A stretch of 64,000 nucleotides of DNA from Antedon mediterranea. Its lineage: Eukaryota > Animalia > Echinodermata. Location: NCBI RefSeq assembly GCF_964355755.1, contig NC_092678.1, positions 13,824,352 to 13,888,351 of the forward strand. Reading direction: 5' to 3'. Both the position numbers and the translations under genes were made by a program. The notes beneath the pieces are model-generated. The model was not told where the DNA came from. It worked only from the letters and a program-made list of their open reading frames with translations, and made no database searches. This document shows, piece after piece, positions 12,394 to 24,757 of this stretch (position 1 is the stretch's first letter; each line of letters starts with the position of its first letter).

Positions 12394-13230
12394 TTTTAAT
12401 TAATTCTTATAATAATGTTATACTATATTTTAGGTACATATATAGCGGCAACCCGAAGTGGCTAAAACATTTTGAACAGATTTGGAACAATACCTATACC
12501 TACCATCTATATTGGTAAGTTTATTTTACTGTTCAAGAACTAGTAAATTTTAAATTGTGTTTACCATATGCTATTAATTTGTAATATTAACAATAAATTA
12601 TTACCACTGGCTGGATAGGCTAGGCCTATATCATAGGCCCTATTTTTATTTTAATATACTAGCTAGACCTGTGCTCTTTAGCACTAGCAGCCTACAGAGA
12701 AGCAGCTTTCCAACTTATTTAGCCTAGAGCAATAGGCTAGTAGGTATTAGTAGGCTACCTAATTAGGCCTAGGCTCTACACCTATATATTATTATTTAAT
12801 TATTATTAATTTTAGTTTTAATATTATTTACAGTATTTATTACAAATATTGTTTATTATGAGGATACCAGGTTATATATACCCTATGCAATGACATAGGG
12901 CATATACGCCTACCCTCTATGTAATAATTACAATAAATAATGAATTTTAATATTCGTTTTTGCTCATCACTGCATATTCAAATTAGTGTGTATGCAAACA
13001 TAATAAATTTAATAAGTTAATTTTAATTAATTCTTATAATAATGTTATACAGTACTATTTTTTAGGTACATATATAGCGGCAACCCGAAGTGGCTAAAAC
13101 TATTTAAACAGATTTGGAACAATACCTATACCTACCATCTATATAGGTAAGTTTATTTTACTGTTCAAGAACTAGTAAATTTTAAATTGTGTTTATCATG
13201 CTATTAATTTGTAATATTAACAATCAATCA
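12394..13230 (+). repeat. Direct duplication (~200 bp) containing an 81-nt exon-like unit (12434-12514 and 13066-13146)
   Basis: Both copies read TTTAG|GTACATATATAGCGGCAACCCG...|GTAAGT, are 81 nt long and have one open frame, YIYSGNPKWLK(HFE/LFK)QIWNNTYTYHLY. Confidence 0.55.
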
Positions 13231-13744
13231 CTAACACATGTACAGTACATCAGTAGTACTATCAATCAATAGTAATTGAAATATTGACATACTATAGTAT
13301 TACTTTTACATATTTATTATTATATTAGGCATTGTTAAAAGGAAATTAATACAATGCATTGCAATATTCCTTTAACATTTAAAAATGTACAATATTTTAT
13401 GATCATTAATGTTAATGAATCATTCTTTGTTGGCTTTCTTGCATTTGTTGGGTTTATTATTTCATTTTGTATCATTGGAGATGTGAAAATAGCATGTACT
13501 GCCAAGTCATGGGCTTCAATTTAATGCAGCAATCGATTTATGTACAGTATATTAATGTATGGATGTTGGTTTGTTTGTTTTTTCGTCATTGTTTTGTCAG
13601 TTTGGTGAAGTTGTGAAATTTATAAATAAAAAAAAAAAGAAATCATAATACAAATTCAGTTAAGTATGATTTTTGCACACCGAGAGACGCACCCCCTGGC
13701 GCATATACCGATGTGGTCCTTCGTCAGTATTCATCAAGATCAAG

Positions 13745-16465
13745 ATTAGTACTTTGGAATTCTTTCCTATTTAAGCTATTTCTTATCTGACTTGAACGAC
13801 AACACATTATGATAAATTGATAGTACAAATATTGAAGAAATTCATTATAAAATTGTAATAATATATGTTTCTATTCTATAATAAATAATAACGACATGCA
13901 TATATTTCGGGTGACAACGTTGATTGGGGTGCATGCAACAGATGATTTATTGCGCTATTATTTTTTATATTTTAAAACATAATGTTTAATATTTGGTTAC
14001 CCTCACATTTGCAATTATGACCTGTAGGCAGTAAGCAGTAGCTCAAAAGAGGCTTAGAAGGATTTCTTTTCCACCTCTTGGATCAACATTTTGAAAGTTG
14101 ATATTGTGAAATGAATAATGTTATTGTTACCCACAATATATCAAAATTTCTCTTATTTGGACAATTTTGAGCAATGGCCTCTCAAACGTACCCAAATACT
14201 GCAAAAACGGCACTTTTTGAAGTCTGGGGTTACTTTTATGGGCCAAAATCTTTAAAGGTCATTTTTCAAATGTTATTATACTTTCTCTGTGAATAGTCTA
14301 CTAGTATATTGTGTACACTTATCAACAATTTTAAAAATAAGTATTTCGTATGTGAGGAAAACTGAAAAATTAAAATTATTTAGTTGTAATTGCACTTTTC
14401 AAGATTTTTAAGACATAATATCTTCGTAACTAATTGACATACCATATATATATTATTCGAGAGGGTTGTCAGGCAGCTTTAGGAATTTTTTATTTATGAA
14501 GGTGCAAAAACTGAGATTTGGCTAATTTTATAGATAATTTTAATATTCTTCGTTGTTTGAGCAGTTATACAGTATCTTGATAATCAACTCTTACTATGTA
14601 TATATATATAATTATATATTCATGCAATGGGTGTCCTAGTGAGTTAGTGACACACAAGTGAAGTTTCAACGCAAATGAAATTATTATGCAATAGTATGAT
14701 TGTAATGTAACTGCATTTTTTTTTTTTGTTTTTAGTGCCAATTTTGTGTGAACTCGACTCAAAACACATAAAAGGGGCCTGCATGCATAAATACTATCCC
14801 TTTTCTGTTCAACTACCCGAGAGAGTTGGTAAACAACCTTTTTAAACCAGCTTCATGATTTTTTTAATTTAAACGATGTGCTGCACCAGCTGAGAATTTG
14901 CTAATTTGATAGATAATTTTGATGTTTTATTTGTTTTGTAGGAGTACATAGGCCTACAGTACTGTACATGATTTCTTAGAAAGTGACTTGCCATAATAAT
15001 ATTTATATTCATGCAATAATGGGTATGCTAGTAGGTTAGTGACACCCGAGTAAATTTTCAACACAAAAAATAAATGATTATGCAATAACTTATTTATTGT
15101 AACTTAAAGATTGCATTTTGGGAGGGGGTTAGTGCCAATTAGGCCAGGAGCTTTCTTAAAAACAACCCCTTTTTTCTGTGAAACATCAGATAAGTTGGCC
15201 TACCAGCCCTGTTGTTATATTGATAACATGAATGTAACTCTTGTGGAGAGAATTATTATTGTTGAATCTGATATGAACTGGACCTATATACACATACAAC
15301 AAATACCTTGTGTACATGTACCTCATGGTACATGTATTTTCATTTATAGTCCATGGGCTGGAAGAGGTTACCGTGCACCCTCCCCCACAGTTAAACTTCT
15401 TTGCTATTTTTTTCTTCCCACCTGCATAGCGAAAAAATCGATGTTAACAAGAAAAATATAGGGATGCATTGTGTGTACTTGCGTCATTTGTAATGATCAT
15501 CAGCGTTTTATCTTCAAATATTTTTTTTGGGGTAGGGGGTAACATTTATCCTAACCCAAGAATCAAACATCTAATTAGTATTATCTTGGTACCATTGTGT
15601 AGCATACATCATTTAAAATCTTATACAATTAATCGGACGATTATTAAGGTCAGTAGAGGTCAAAGGGCCATTGACCTTTTACAAAAATGCACATTTTTGC
15701 CAAAATATAGATAAATTTCAACATAGTGTCTACAATTTTCAATATTTTTTATCTTAATTGTGTTTTACTTGTGCTTACTGACATATTGAATAAGAAAATA
15801 TATGTTAACAAGATTAAAATTGCAGTTCATTATATACAAATTGTCATTTTTTATTCTTAAAAATTGCAATAAAAGAAATACATTTTTTGGGGTAGGGGGT
15901 AACATTAATAGTAATAACCTAAGAATCAAACATCTAATTGATATGATCTTGGTATTGGTGTGTAGCATATGTGTTTTTTTAATCATTTAGAATTTAAATA
16001 AAATTAATCGAACGATTACTAAGGTAAGTAGAGGTCAAAATGTCACTGACCTTTTGCAAAAATGAAATTTTTTGGCAAAATGAGATATATTTCAAAATCA
16101 GATCTCCAATTTTTGATATTTTTGGGGTAGCGGTTAACATTTAATTAACCCAAGAATCAAACATCTAATTATTATGTTCTTGGTATCGTTGTGTAGTTCT
16201 CAATGCCTATCATCCGTCATAATGTCATCCGGCAACTCCGGTACCAGTACATGTCAAATACATCCGATATATAAATTTTATTAGTGAGCTAACTGGCACA
16301 TCGCGTAACATATTTAGGTCACATAAAATGTTATTAGTTTCCTCTTTAACTCGACTGGATAACGACCCTTTAACATTCTCGACGTGGTACGGTTGGAACA
16401 CAACTAGTCCTCATTGTACGCACGCGCACCAGAGATCAAATTGATACGCCCTCATCTATTCAGTG
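13745..16465 (+). repeat. Long composite dispersed repeat; inverted copy at ~56725-63030, partial copies at 17615-17700, 22045-22560, 25120-25915 and 63460-63720
   Basis: Near-identical stretches, reflected in recurring spurious ORFs (MSRVHT.LALK, AYQPCCYIDNMNVT, MPDDIMTDDRHS) on opposite strands. Confidence 0.85.
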
Positions 16466-16614
16466 AAGCAGCATTCAAAATAAAGTGAACAACAAGAGTT
16501 CGCATACAAGTTTTGGTTGTCTTTAAAGGTTTCTTTGTTTATTTTCATCAAATCTTTAAATCTTTACCTTTAGTTGATTTTTAGTCTTATGTAATTAATT
16601 TTATTTCTTGGGGC

Positions 16615-17392
16615 TTTAGTCGCGTGGACGCGACTCTATAGTTCACTATGTCTGTCGGTCTGTCGGTCGGTCTGTCTGTCGGTCTGTCGGTCTGTCTGTC
16701 TGTCGGTCCGGTATCACTATGCGTTTTATCGCTTTCTGACCTTATCTTGATATCAGTTTAATCTAGCTAAGTCAATTTTTCACAGTATATTCCTTATGGC
16801 CAGGAATCGATGTGGTTATGTTTTCACGGTGCGCAATAAAAAATTACGCGGTCTACGCACGATTTAACAAAATCACGTTTGTAATCATATCTTCACAACC
16901 ATGAATCACAATTAAATAAAATTTGGTACTCATAAATTTCAGGGCATAAATCATCATATGGCAATACAATTACGTGCGTAGCGCATGTAACGCATGCGTA
17001 CGCGCGCTTAACATTTTCAAAATTTATTTTCGATGAAATAAGAGTACGTTTCAGGCAATTTTAAGCGTTTACAAAATTGCCATGAGTGCGCAGATTTTTG
17101 CGCGCGCACTGCGCGTTAAATGTTAATGCGCACTCTTTTTGACCGATTTCTGTTTTCTTGACTTACTTTTCAACTCGAAATTACGTTATACGAGCACGTC
17201 AAAAGTGACAGGCTACGCACGTGTAAATTAAAAAAATTTAAATGTTTTTAAACATTTCAACATTTTTAAACATGTTCAGTAATTTCGGTCAGTTGGTAGG
17301 TTGGTCGGTCGGTCGGTCTGTCGGTCGGTCGGTCTGTTGGTCTGGTATCACTATGCATTGTAGCACGCGACTTAATGACTGTTGGCCTTGTT
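16615..17392 (+). mobile_element. DINE-1/HINE-like non-autonomous Helentron
   Basis: 5' palindrome AGTCGCGTGGACGCGACT, (GTCG/GTCT)n microsatellites, 3' subterminal CACGCGACT then GGCCTTGTT, T-rich flanks. Confidence 0.7.
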
Positions 17393-17947
17393 CTTTTACT
17401 TTTCTGTTCTTGTTGTTTTTTGTATATTGTATCTGTTCTAAGGGTCCCAAATGATCAGCAAATGCTGGATGGATCACCCTCATTAAATATGGTTAAAATA
17501 AATAAATAAAATAAAAAATAAAGTTGTAACCTAAAACCTGTGAAAACTACAACAGTGAAACATTCATAAGTATAATTATAATATCTCTATTGATAGCATC
17601 ATGCTTTTACTGTTTTATTTAGTTCTAAATGCCTATCATCCGTCATAATGCCATTCGGCAACTCCGGTACCAGTACATGTCAAAATACTTCCGACATGAA
17701 TAAAAACATGTTATAATTAGTATATTATTGAAACTTACCAGCAAATAAACAGTAAATAAAACAAAAAAAATTGTGCGCATAGTGCGTTATGTTACGTCTT
17801 CAGAATTTCCTCTTTAAATGGTTATATATTTGTATATATATTTGCTTTATAAAAATTATTCTCTTATTGTTAGGTCTAATTTTGTTTCAAGAACACGACA
17901 TTTAAAACTCTTCGATCGAAGATTAATATTGTTAAACTATATGTGTT

Positions 17948-18648
17948 ATGAGATCTAATATGAAAACTGAAACCAAAGCGAAATTTACTTTTGAAAATAT
18001 AATAATTAGAGACTTAAAGTCGCATGAAGTAAATGATGCTCTTAAATTATTTGAAGAAGGAATGCGTGACTACACTAAATATTTCCACAAGGCAGTTCAC
18101 TCGTTTACATATTTTTCGTTGCCTACAACTTAACTTATACGATTTGCAGTTTGATGTTCTTCTTTACTTCTTCATTCATGTGCTTGATATGCAGTTTTTT
18201 GTTGTGTTTTAGTTTTCGCATTTATCAAGAGATTCTCTGGGTTAAGAAATATATTACACTTGGAATACAAAACAACAATATTATGAAAGAGTTTACTATG
18301 AAGGAACGTTGTTGTTACAAAGTTGCTGCTTCTGGGGATGTCGTCTTAGGAACTGTTGCTGTCCAAGATGTTGGAAATGACACTGCAGAGATTATCAGAA
18401 TGTACGTGTCTAGTGTGTGTCAGAGAAGTGGTGTCGGGGGCAAGTTGATAGATAATGCTATCGAATTCTGTGTAGAGAATGGTTTTAAAAACATTGTAGT
18501 CATAACTGGGGCCGGAAATTCCAAAGCAATTTCTTTCTACAAGAAGTACGGATTTATTGAAGTATGTCGGTTTTTGCTGCCTGTACCTGGAAAAGTGTCA
18601 ATGTTTACTCTAAAGTCCGCATCATTGAAATACGTTTTAAATATATAG
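17948..18648 (+). pseudogene. GNAT N-acetyltransferase (NAT8/camello-like), single coding exon, frameshifted by a 5-bp duplication
   Basis: N-terminal IIIRDLKSHEVNDALKLFEEGM, a hydrophobic segment, then VLGTVAV..AEIIRMYVSSVCQRSGVGGKL (acetyl-CoA motif A) and N..AISFYKKYGF (motif B). AACTT is duplicated at 18127-18136; removing one copy fuses the two ORFs into 231 aa. Confidence 0.85.
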
Positions 18649-19349
18649 AATAAACAATTAAATGACAGAGGGAACGTTTACTTTGATTTAAAGTATGCAT
18701 GTTTATTATTGTATTATTATATATTTGATTTCATGTTACAACCCCATGATGTAAACCAATAAAAAGTCACTGACTGTCGTGGATTAAGTTCTTTCTCTCT
18801 TTTCTAAAGTCAAAATAAATTTTACGTCACCATCTATAGACCAGATCAGTGTTTTGAAAGAGCAGTTTATGTTCAAATTAAAAAGTGTATTAAAGATAGA
18901 TAGAATAATAATTTTTGTACCAACTCTTACGAGTCTCTTACTCTTTTAAGAGTCGATACTTGTTAGTTCACAGTTTTGAAAACGCCATGAATTTGAATCT
19001 AACCTACAGACATTTGTTTTGGTAAAAACAAAACAAAAGTCATTACATTTATAAACATATTATATTAAATCGCCTAAAAGAATCAATTGGAATTAAAATG
19101 GGAATTGGAATAATTGGGTGAAATAATATTTTATTGAAGGTGATAATTAGGTAAAGAAATTATGGGAAAATTCATAATACATCGACATATCTCTATATAA
19201 CTTTACGTAAGGGCAATATTCGGTAAATCGCGTGTTACTTCTAGAATGTTTATTCGGTTGTATATAAAGTTGGTTTCATACTTTCGGTACTGATTTTAAC
19301 CACCTGATAATATATACAGTCCATAATATATTGTATCTGTACACTTTAA

Positions 19350-20115
19350 ATTGATACGCCCTCATCTTTCAGTATTTTTATTCACGAGGCGGGATCTCAG
19401 AAGAGATATTTTTTTGTATATATAAAAACATTTGGCAAATATATATATATATATATAATTTGAAACGATAAAGATGAGGAAATTTGTGAGAATGAGAAAA
19501 AATCGCCCAACCGAAACTCGAACTCGGACCGCCTGCTTGATATGCAGATATTGATATTGGATAGCGACTCTTTAACATTCTCGGCGTGGTACGGCGGAAC
19601 GCGTGTTTTTTTTTCCAGGACGAACGTGGGCAGAAGTCATGAATAATTCATTACCTTAATTATTTTCTATTATAAAGAATTGAAAGATAGCTGATCTACT
19701 TCCTAAATATACTAAACCTAACCCTCTAAATAATCTCTCTCAACTATTAAAAAAAACATGTTCATGAAAGACCTCGAACCGAGGGCTTCAGCGTAATAGG
19801 TTAAAGCCTTTACCACTAGACCAAACATTTCGGTTGGCAAACGTTGTTTACACTAATTATTTAATCTCTCTGCATTCTTATACAGCGCCCTCTATAATGT
19901 TCCCTATTATGTCATAATTAATCATGAATTATTCATGATTTCTGCCTACGTTCATCCTGGAAAAAAAATTACGGCGGCGGAACAGCACTAGTCCTCAGTT
20001 GTACGCACGCGCACCAGAGATCAAATTGATACGCCCTCATCTTTCAGTATTTTTGTTCACGAGGCGGGATCTCAGAAGAGATATTTTTTTATATATATAA
20101 ACACATTTGGCAAAT
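19350..20115 (-). repeat. Rearranged copies of the (TA)n-associated tRNA-bearing element family A
   Basis: Reverse-complement matches to the 42345-43020 units (GATACGCCCTCATCT, CACGAGGCGGGATCT, GACCGCCTGCTTGATATGCAG); more pieces at 20670-20835, 21240-21350 and 25915-26070. Confidence 0.75.
19601..19974. mobile_element. MITE with ~45-bp TIRs and 9-bp TSD (Mutator-like)
   Basis: TTTTCCAGGACGAACGTGGGCAGAAGTCATGAATAATTCAT versus ATGAATTATTCATGATTTCTGCCTACGTTCATCCTGGAAAA; CGGCGGAAC on both sides. Confidence 0.75.
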
Positions 20116-20119
20116 ATAT

Positions 20120-20625
20120 ATATATTTATTTATTTATTTATTCCACATTTATTTAGTCATCAATTACAGTACATCATAATTACAGTACAACTGAAAAAAG
20201 GGATCCTGCATAAAAAAGCTTTAGCTTCATTTTTTTGTAGGACCCTTTTACATAAGAACAAGTATATTGAACTTAAATAATCAAAGGTGTTGTTAATCAG
20301 CATATAGTGATAAAAAGTATTTTTTGACCTGTTTTTTATACATTTATTTTGTTTCTTTAAAATAGCCGGTTTATTACCACCATTACAAGTGAATTCTTTC
20401 CACAATTTTGGTCCATATATGTGTATAAACTGTTGACTGCAAGTTAGTCTTGTGAAGGGAATTTCAAATTCAGTTCCTGTTCTGTGGTTATGAGTAGGCC
20501 TAATACTGTCACAGTAATTAAAAATATTTAAAATGTGATGTGGTAATTCATTGAATTTTACGTTTGCCATAAATCCTATGACGTTTACTTTGTAAATATC
20601 ATAAACGTTTCATATTTTTAGTTTC
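20120..20625 (-). mobile_element. 3' fragment of a CR1/L2-group LINE
   Basis: HNHRTGTEFEIPFTRLTCSQQFIHIYGPKLW resembles the LINE ORF2 C-terminus; (ATAA)n tail at ~20123-20140. Confidence 0.6.
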
Positions 20626-21007
20626 TTAAACAGTGGCTCTGAGGCTTATATAATCTATAATAATTATATATAATTTGAAACAATAAAGATGAAGAAATCT
20701 GTGACCGCCTGCTTGATATGCAGATGTCCTAACCATTAGACCACTGGGGCTTTCATGGTATTGTTCAAACGCGATTGGATAGCGACTCTTTAACATTCTC
20801 GGCGGGGTACGGCGGAACAGCACTAGTCCTCAGCTAGTTGTCAAAGGAAAAAATTCTTACTAAATTGCAGATCCAAATAGTTTATCTAAATCTAAAACAA
20901 TAGGCTATTGTATATACGACTTCCTGATCACTCACTTCTATTAAGCACTATGAGACAACTGTGTCACTTATGTTTTATATTTCACCTGAAGATATATATA
21001 TATATAT

Positions 21008-22025
21008 ATATATAAATCAATGATGTTGCGTAGCACTGTGTAAATTATATATAAATCATAGAAACAGTGCTCATATTCGGAACATGATCTCATAATCGCG
21101 TCAAGCATAGCTCATTGGCGAAAGTTCCGTATTTTTATGAGATCATGTTCCGAATATAAGCACTGTTTCTATAATTTACAGTATGATTTATATATAATTT
21201 ACACAGTGCTACGCAACATCATTGATTTATATATATACACAATAGGCAAAGAACATTAATTCTAATCCGCCAGGTGATATACTGAAATTTAATTAATTAA
21301 TTTGAAACGATAAAGATGAGGAAATCTGTGAGAATGAGTCGCCCCTACCGAGTTGTATGAAAAAATGTCTCTGGCTGGATTCGAACCTGCAACCTCTCGC
21401 TTACAGGGCGAGTATCATACCACTAGACCACAGAGCCATGTATGGTATTATCACAGATTTTCACCCACCAGATACATTCTCTCATACAACAAACGCCCTC
21501 ACAATCAGTGGAGGCTTAACAAGTCAGAATAAATTCCAACTTTAATTCGCAACGGTTTTTAAAAATAATATTGTGTATATGTAAATCAATGATGTTGCGT
21601 AGCACTGTGTAAATTATATATAAATCATACTGTAAATTATAGAAACAGTGCTCAAATTCGGAACATGATCTCATAATCGCGTCGAGCATAGCTCATTGGC
21701 GAAAGTTCCGTATTTTTTAGTTGTATGAAAAAATGTCATACAACAGTTTGTTTGTATGATTTATATATAATTTACACAGTGCTACCCAACTTCATTGATT
21801 TACATATACACAATATTATTTAAAAAACCGTTGCGAATTAAAGTTCATTGATCATGTTCCCGCCAGAGACATTTTTTCATACAACTTAAAAATACGGAAC
21901 TTTCGCCAATGAGCTATGCTCGACGCGATTATTAGATCATGTTCCGAATATGAGCACTGTTTCTATAATTTACAGTATGATTTATATATAATTTACACAG
22001 TGCTACGCAACTTCATTGATTTATA
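21008..22025. repeat. Fold-back/tandem cluster of (TA)n-associated element family B
   Basis: 21010-21095 and 21135-21235 are inverted copies; further direct and inverted truncated copies at 21580-22020; homologous to 42000-42320. Confidence 0.8.
21366..21437 (-). tRNA. tRNA-like (pseudo) cloverleaf in family B; Pro-like body, TGT in the anticodon position
   Basis: Reverse complement of the 42135-42206 copy; A box TGGTCTAGTGG, B box GGTTCGAATCC, followed by a T-run. Confidence 0.55.
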
Positions 22026-22561
22026 TATATACATATACACACACACTATATCTCTTCGGAGATCCCGCCTCGTGAATAAATATACTGAATAGATGAGGGC
22101 GTATCAATTTGATCTCTGGTGCGCGTGCGTACAACTGAGGACTAGTTGTTTTCCAACCGTACCACGTCGAGAATGTTAAAGGGTCGTTATCCAGTCGAGT
22201 TAAAGAGGAAACTAATAACATTTTATGTGACCTAAATATGTTACGTGATGTGCCACTAAGCTCACTAATAAAGTTTATATATCGGATGTATTCGACATGT
22301 ACTGGTACCGGAGTTGCCAGATGACATTATGACGGATGATAGGCATTCAGAACTACACAACGATACCAAGAACATAATAATTAGATGTTTGATTCTTGGG
22401 TTAAATGTTAACCGCTACCCCCAAAATATAGAAAATTGGAGATCTGATTTTGAAATATATCTCATTTTGCCAAACAATTTCATTGTTGCACTATTAATGT
22501 TACCCCCTACCCCAAAAAAATGTATTTCCTTTATTGCAATTTTTAAGAATAAAAAATGACA

Positions 22562-22981
22562 ATTTCACAGCTAAGAACTTTCACTTTTTGAAATTCACCA
22601 GTCAGAATTTTGTATTGCATTCAGTGTCTGTAAAATAACAAAAATATATATTTCTAGAATATTAAGTTGTAATTAAAGTAATGAATATAGTACACACACA
22701 AGAGAAAGTAAATACAGAGATTAACTCTGACTGTTTACTGTTGTTTTAATAGAAATCCATTGTGGCCATGAAATTTCATCTAATAATGAAAATGGAATGC
22801 ATGTATACAAGGAAATAGTTAATAGAATACATACAATGACTTGAGGATGTTCGTCTGACTGAAGGCAATCATCAAGGTTCAATGAGTATGTAGCACGTCC
22901 AGTAATGGCATCTACTGGACCCATCTCAATCCTTAACTTCAGTGCATGGTACAGAACATACAGTGGATGCCCGGCATAGTC
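22562..22981 (-). pseudogene. PLXN: Orphan plexin cytoplasmic-domain (RasGAP/RBD boundary) exons
   Basis: Exon 22981-22835 (147 nt, TTTTGCAG| ... |GTATGT) reads DYAGHPLYVLYHALKLRIEMGPVDAITGRATYSLNLDDCL, matching the plexin AGEPL..L..AIK.Q.EKGP.DAITG.A.YSL motif. The next exon starts at 22627 (TLNAIQ../GEFQKVKVLSC), is frameshifted and is truncated by a repeat at ~22562. Confidence 0.8.
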
Positions 22982-23019
22982 CTGCAAAACACATGAATGT
23001 TTAAATGAGCAAATGGCCA

Positions 23020-23122
23020 AAAAGTTAAGACATTGGAACTGTAATCCATAGCCTTATGCCAAGGGTTTGAGGCTCACTTGCTCCATGGTTCTGGTGGTAG
23101 AACGAGTCTTCTTGGATAGTTA
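23020..23122 (+). mobile_element. 5' fragment of the tRNA-derived SINE seen in full at 58706-59033
   Basis: GAGGCTCACT..TCCATGGTTCTGGTGGTAGAACGAGTCTTCT.GGATA is shared. Confidence 0.65.
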
Positions 23123-24001
23123 ATAATAGTTTTTAACTGTGTGCTAGTTTATTTTTTAATCTTTTATTTATTTCATACACATCCAACAGCGAGCACAAAT
23201 AAATATTATTTTTTTGTTACAGAAGTGAATACTCCATTTCTGTCACTTTAGTTAATTTTATTTTTATTGCTAAGGTCAAATCTGGGGGTCACTTCATCAC
23301 CCTAGATATTTCAATTGTGAAGTATCCTATTAGAAACACAACTTTAATGGACTGTTTTGATAATAATTCAATGTATATCTGACAGTGAATATACCAGAAA
23401 TGCTTAGGGATATGTAATTTTAGCATGACATGTCCTAATAGACTCTTTCCGAGACGTTTTTTGGGTCTACTGTAGCAGCTGGAATCAATAAATCATAGTG
23501 GAGTTTCTATTTTCACAAAACTGTCTGTCCTTAGAACTATAACTGCTGCTTGCTTTAGATTCTGATTGAGTAGTCCTAATGGGACGTAGCGGGCTAGAGC
23601 AGCAGCGTGAAAAACTTAAATACTACAGTACAATGCAATCGATATCAAAATATCCTTAATCACAGTACATTACAATCTGTTAAATTACCTACACTCTATA
23701 ATGTTGTGAAATATAAGAATGATATTTTTAAGTGAGACCGAGAGTCTTTTGGATCCCTGTCAATTTGCCTACCGCTCTAAAAGGGGGGTAGAAGATGCAG
23801 TTACAACTTTATGACATAAATTTAATTTGGCCTGTCATGTTGACAGGCCAAATTCGTATGCCAGAGTTTTATTCTTAGATTTTACGCCCGCTTTTAACGT
23901 TTTGCAACCTCATATTTTAATGGAGAAAATGAATGCCTTGGGTATAAATCCAGCTAATATTTTATGGAGCAATGATTTTTTTAAAAGATAGGGAACAATT
24001 C

Positions 24002-24110
24002 AGGTGTGTAGAAAGCGACGACCTCGAATTGGACGACGAATTCTAGCTAGGTCGTCCAATTCGAGTTAGTTGGGGTCTTCCAATTCGAGGTCGTCGCTTT
24101 CTACACACCT
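24002..24110. mobile_element. 109-bp palindromic MITE
   Basis: TIR AGGTGTGTAGAAAGCGACGACCTCGAATTGGA; TSD GGAACAATTC at 23992-24001 and 24111-24120. Confidence 0.85.
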
Positions 24111-24422
24111 GGAACAATTCATCTGTTTTAATGATAATATTTCAGAAAACCTTATGTGCAATATTGGTGCACCACAAGGTTGTGTTTTATCTTCTATTAT
24201 ATTTTCTTTATATACCAGTGATTTTAAATGTTCAGATGATCTAGTTTTAACCAAATGCTTTACTGTGAAATACGCTGATGACACCGGCCTGATAAAACAC
24301 GATGACCCTGAGTCATATTTTGATAATGTCAGTTATTTTTCTACTTGGTATCTAAAATTAAATGTTAACAAGACCAAAGAAATGATTATTGATTTTAGAA
24401 AAAGTAACAAAACACATGATAA

Positions 24423-24711
24423 GGAGTGGAGCTGTGGCTTGGTGGTTATGATGCTTGGCTACCAATCTAAGGGTCCTGGGTTCAAGTCCTGTCATATGTC
24501 AGGGTTTTTTCTCATGACAATTTACAACTCCACTCCCAAAGACTTAATAATAAGTCTTTGTTTATGTAGAGCATCTTGTGTATATGTTTGTCTTGTGAAA
24601 TTTTAAATAGTTTATCCATCCTGTAATTGGCGGGTTACTCGCTGTTGGATGAGTATGAAATAATAAAAAAAAAAATAATAATAATAATAATAATAACACT
24701 AATACTAACAC

Positions 24712-24756
<45 letters not shown>

Positions 24757-24757
24757 G
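24423..24757 (+). mobile_element. tRNA-derived SINE with (AAT)n tail
   Basis: A box TGGCTTGGTGG, B box GGTTCAAGTCC, 3' (AAT)n run; splits the LINE fragment. Confidence 0.65.

Noticed and set aside
15111-15990. ORFs recurring in the composite repeat
   Set aside because: Copies differ by frameshifting indels and show no recognisable domain.
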